From Chiloscyllium plagiosum (Eukaryota), in the NCBI RefSeq assembly GCF_004010195.1, contig NC_057752.1, positions 480,405 to 500,404 of the forward strand: a stretch of DNA of 20,000 nucleotides. Reading direction: 5' to 3'. The translations under genes and the position numbers were made by a program. Shown here in pieces: positions 19,921 through 20,000 of the stretch (position 1 is its first letter; the number at the start of each line of letters is the position of its first letter). The notes under the pieces were generated by a model, which saw only the letters and a program-made list of their open reading frames with translations, made no database searches and was not told the origin of the DNA.

Positions 19921-20000
19921 GTAAAAACAATGACTGCAGATGCTGGAAACTAGATTCTGGATTATTGGTGCTGGAAAAGCACAGCAGTTCAGGCAGCATC
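19921..20000 (-). mobile_element. Related PLE terminal-repeat tail in opposite orientation, running off the window
   Basis: aaaacaatgactgcagatgctggaaac...gtgctggaaaagcacagcagttcaggcagcatc parallels 533-599. Confidence 0.8.

Noticed and set aside
525..20000. Recurrent ~36-bp palindromic motif as CRISPR repeats or intrinsic terminators
   Set aside because: Dispersed, on both strands, with no spacers or cas genes, in a eukaryotic retroelement context. It fits a hammerhead within PLE ends.

Overview
Repeat-dominated eukaryotic genomic DNA, most consistent with a shark (inferred from the CR1/HER1-type LINE, V-SINE, Deu-SINE and L2 content). It contains a 301-N gap (10860-11160) and no intact host gene. 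Most ORFs are decayed CR1-clade LINE ORF2 fragments. Two structures stand out. (1) A Penelope-like element (PLE) remnant at 525-1951 (RT C-terminus, Cys linker, GIY-YIG), plus several short PLE-terminal-repeat insertions with long target-site duplications (TSDs). Together they carry five recognisable minimal type I hammerhead ribozymes and degenerate hammerheads of a second family, and their truncation or inversion breakpoints cluster at the ribozyme core. (2) A solo LTR (10486-12139) hit repeatedly at its TATA-like site by Tx1-clade LINEs whose tails carry read-through copies of the same LTR site, suggesting an LTR-targeting, site-specific Tx1 family. All family assignments come from motif recognition, not database searches.
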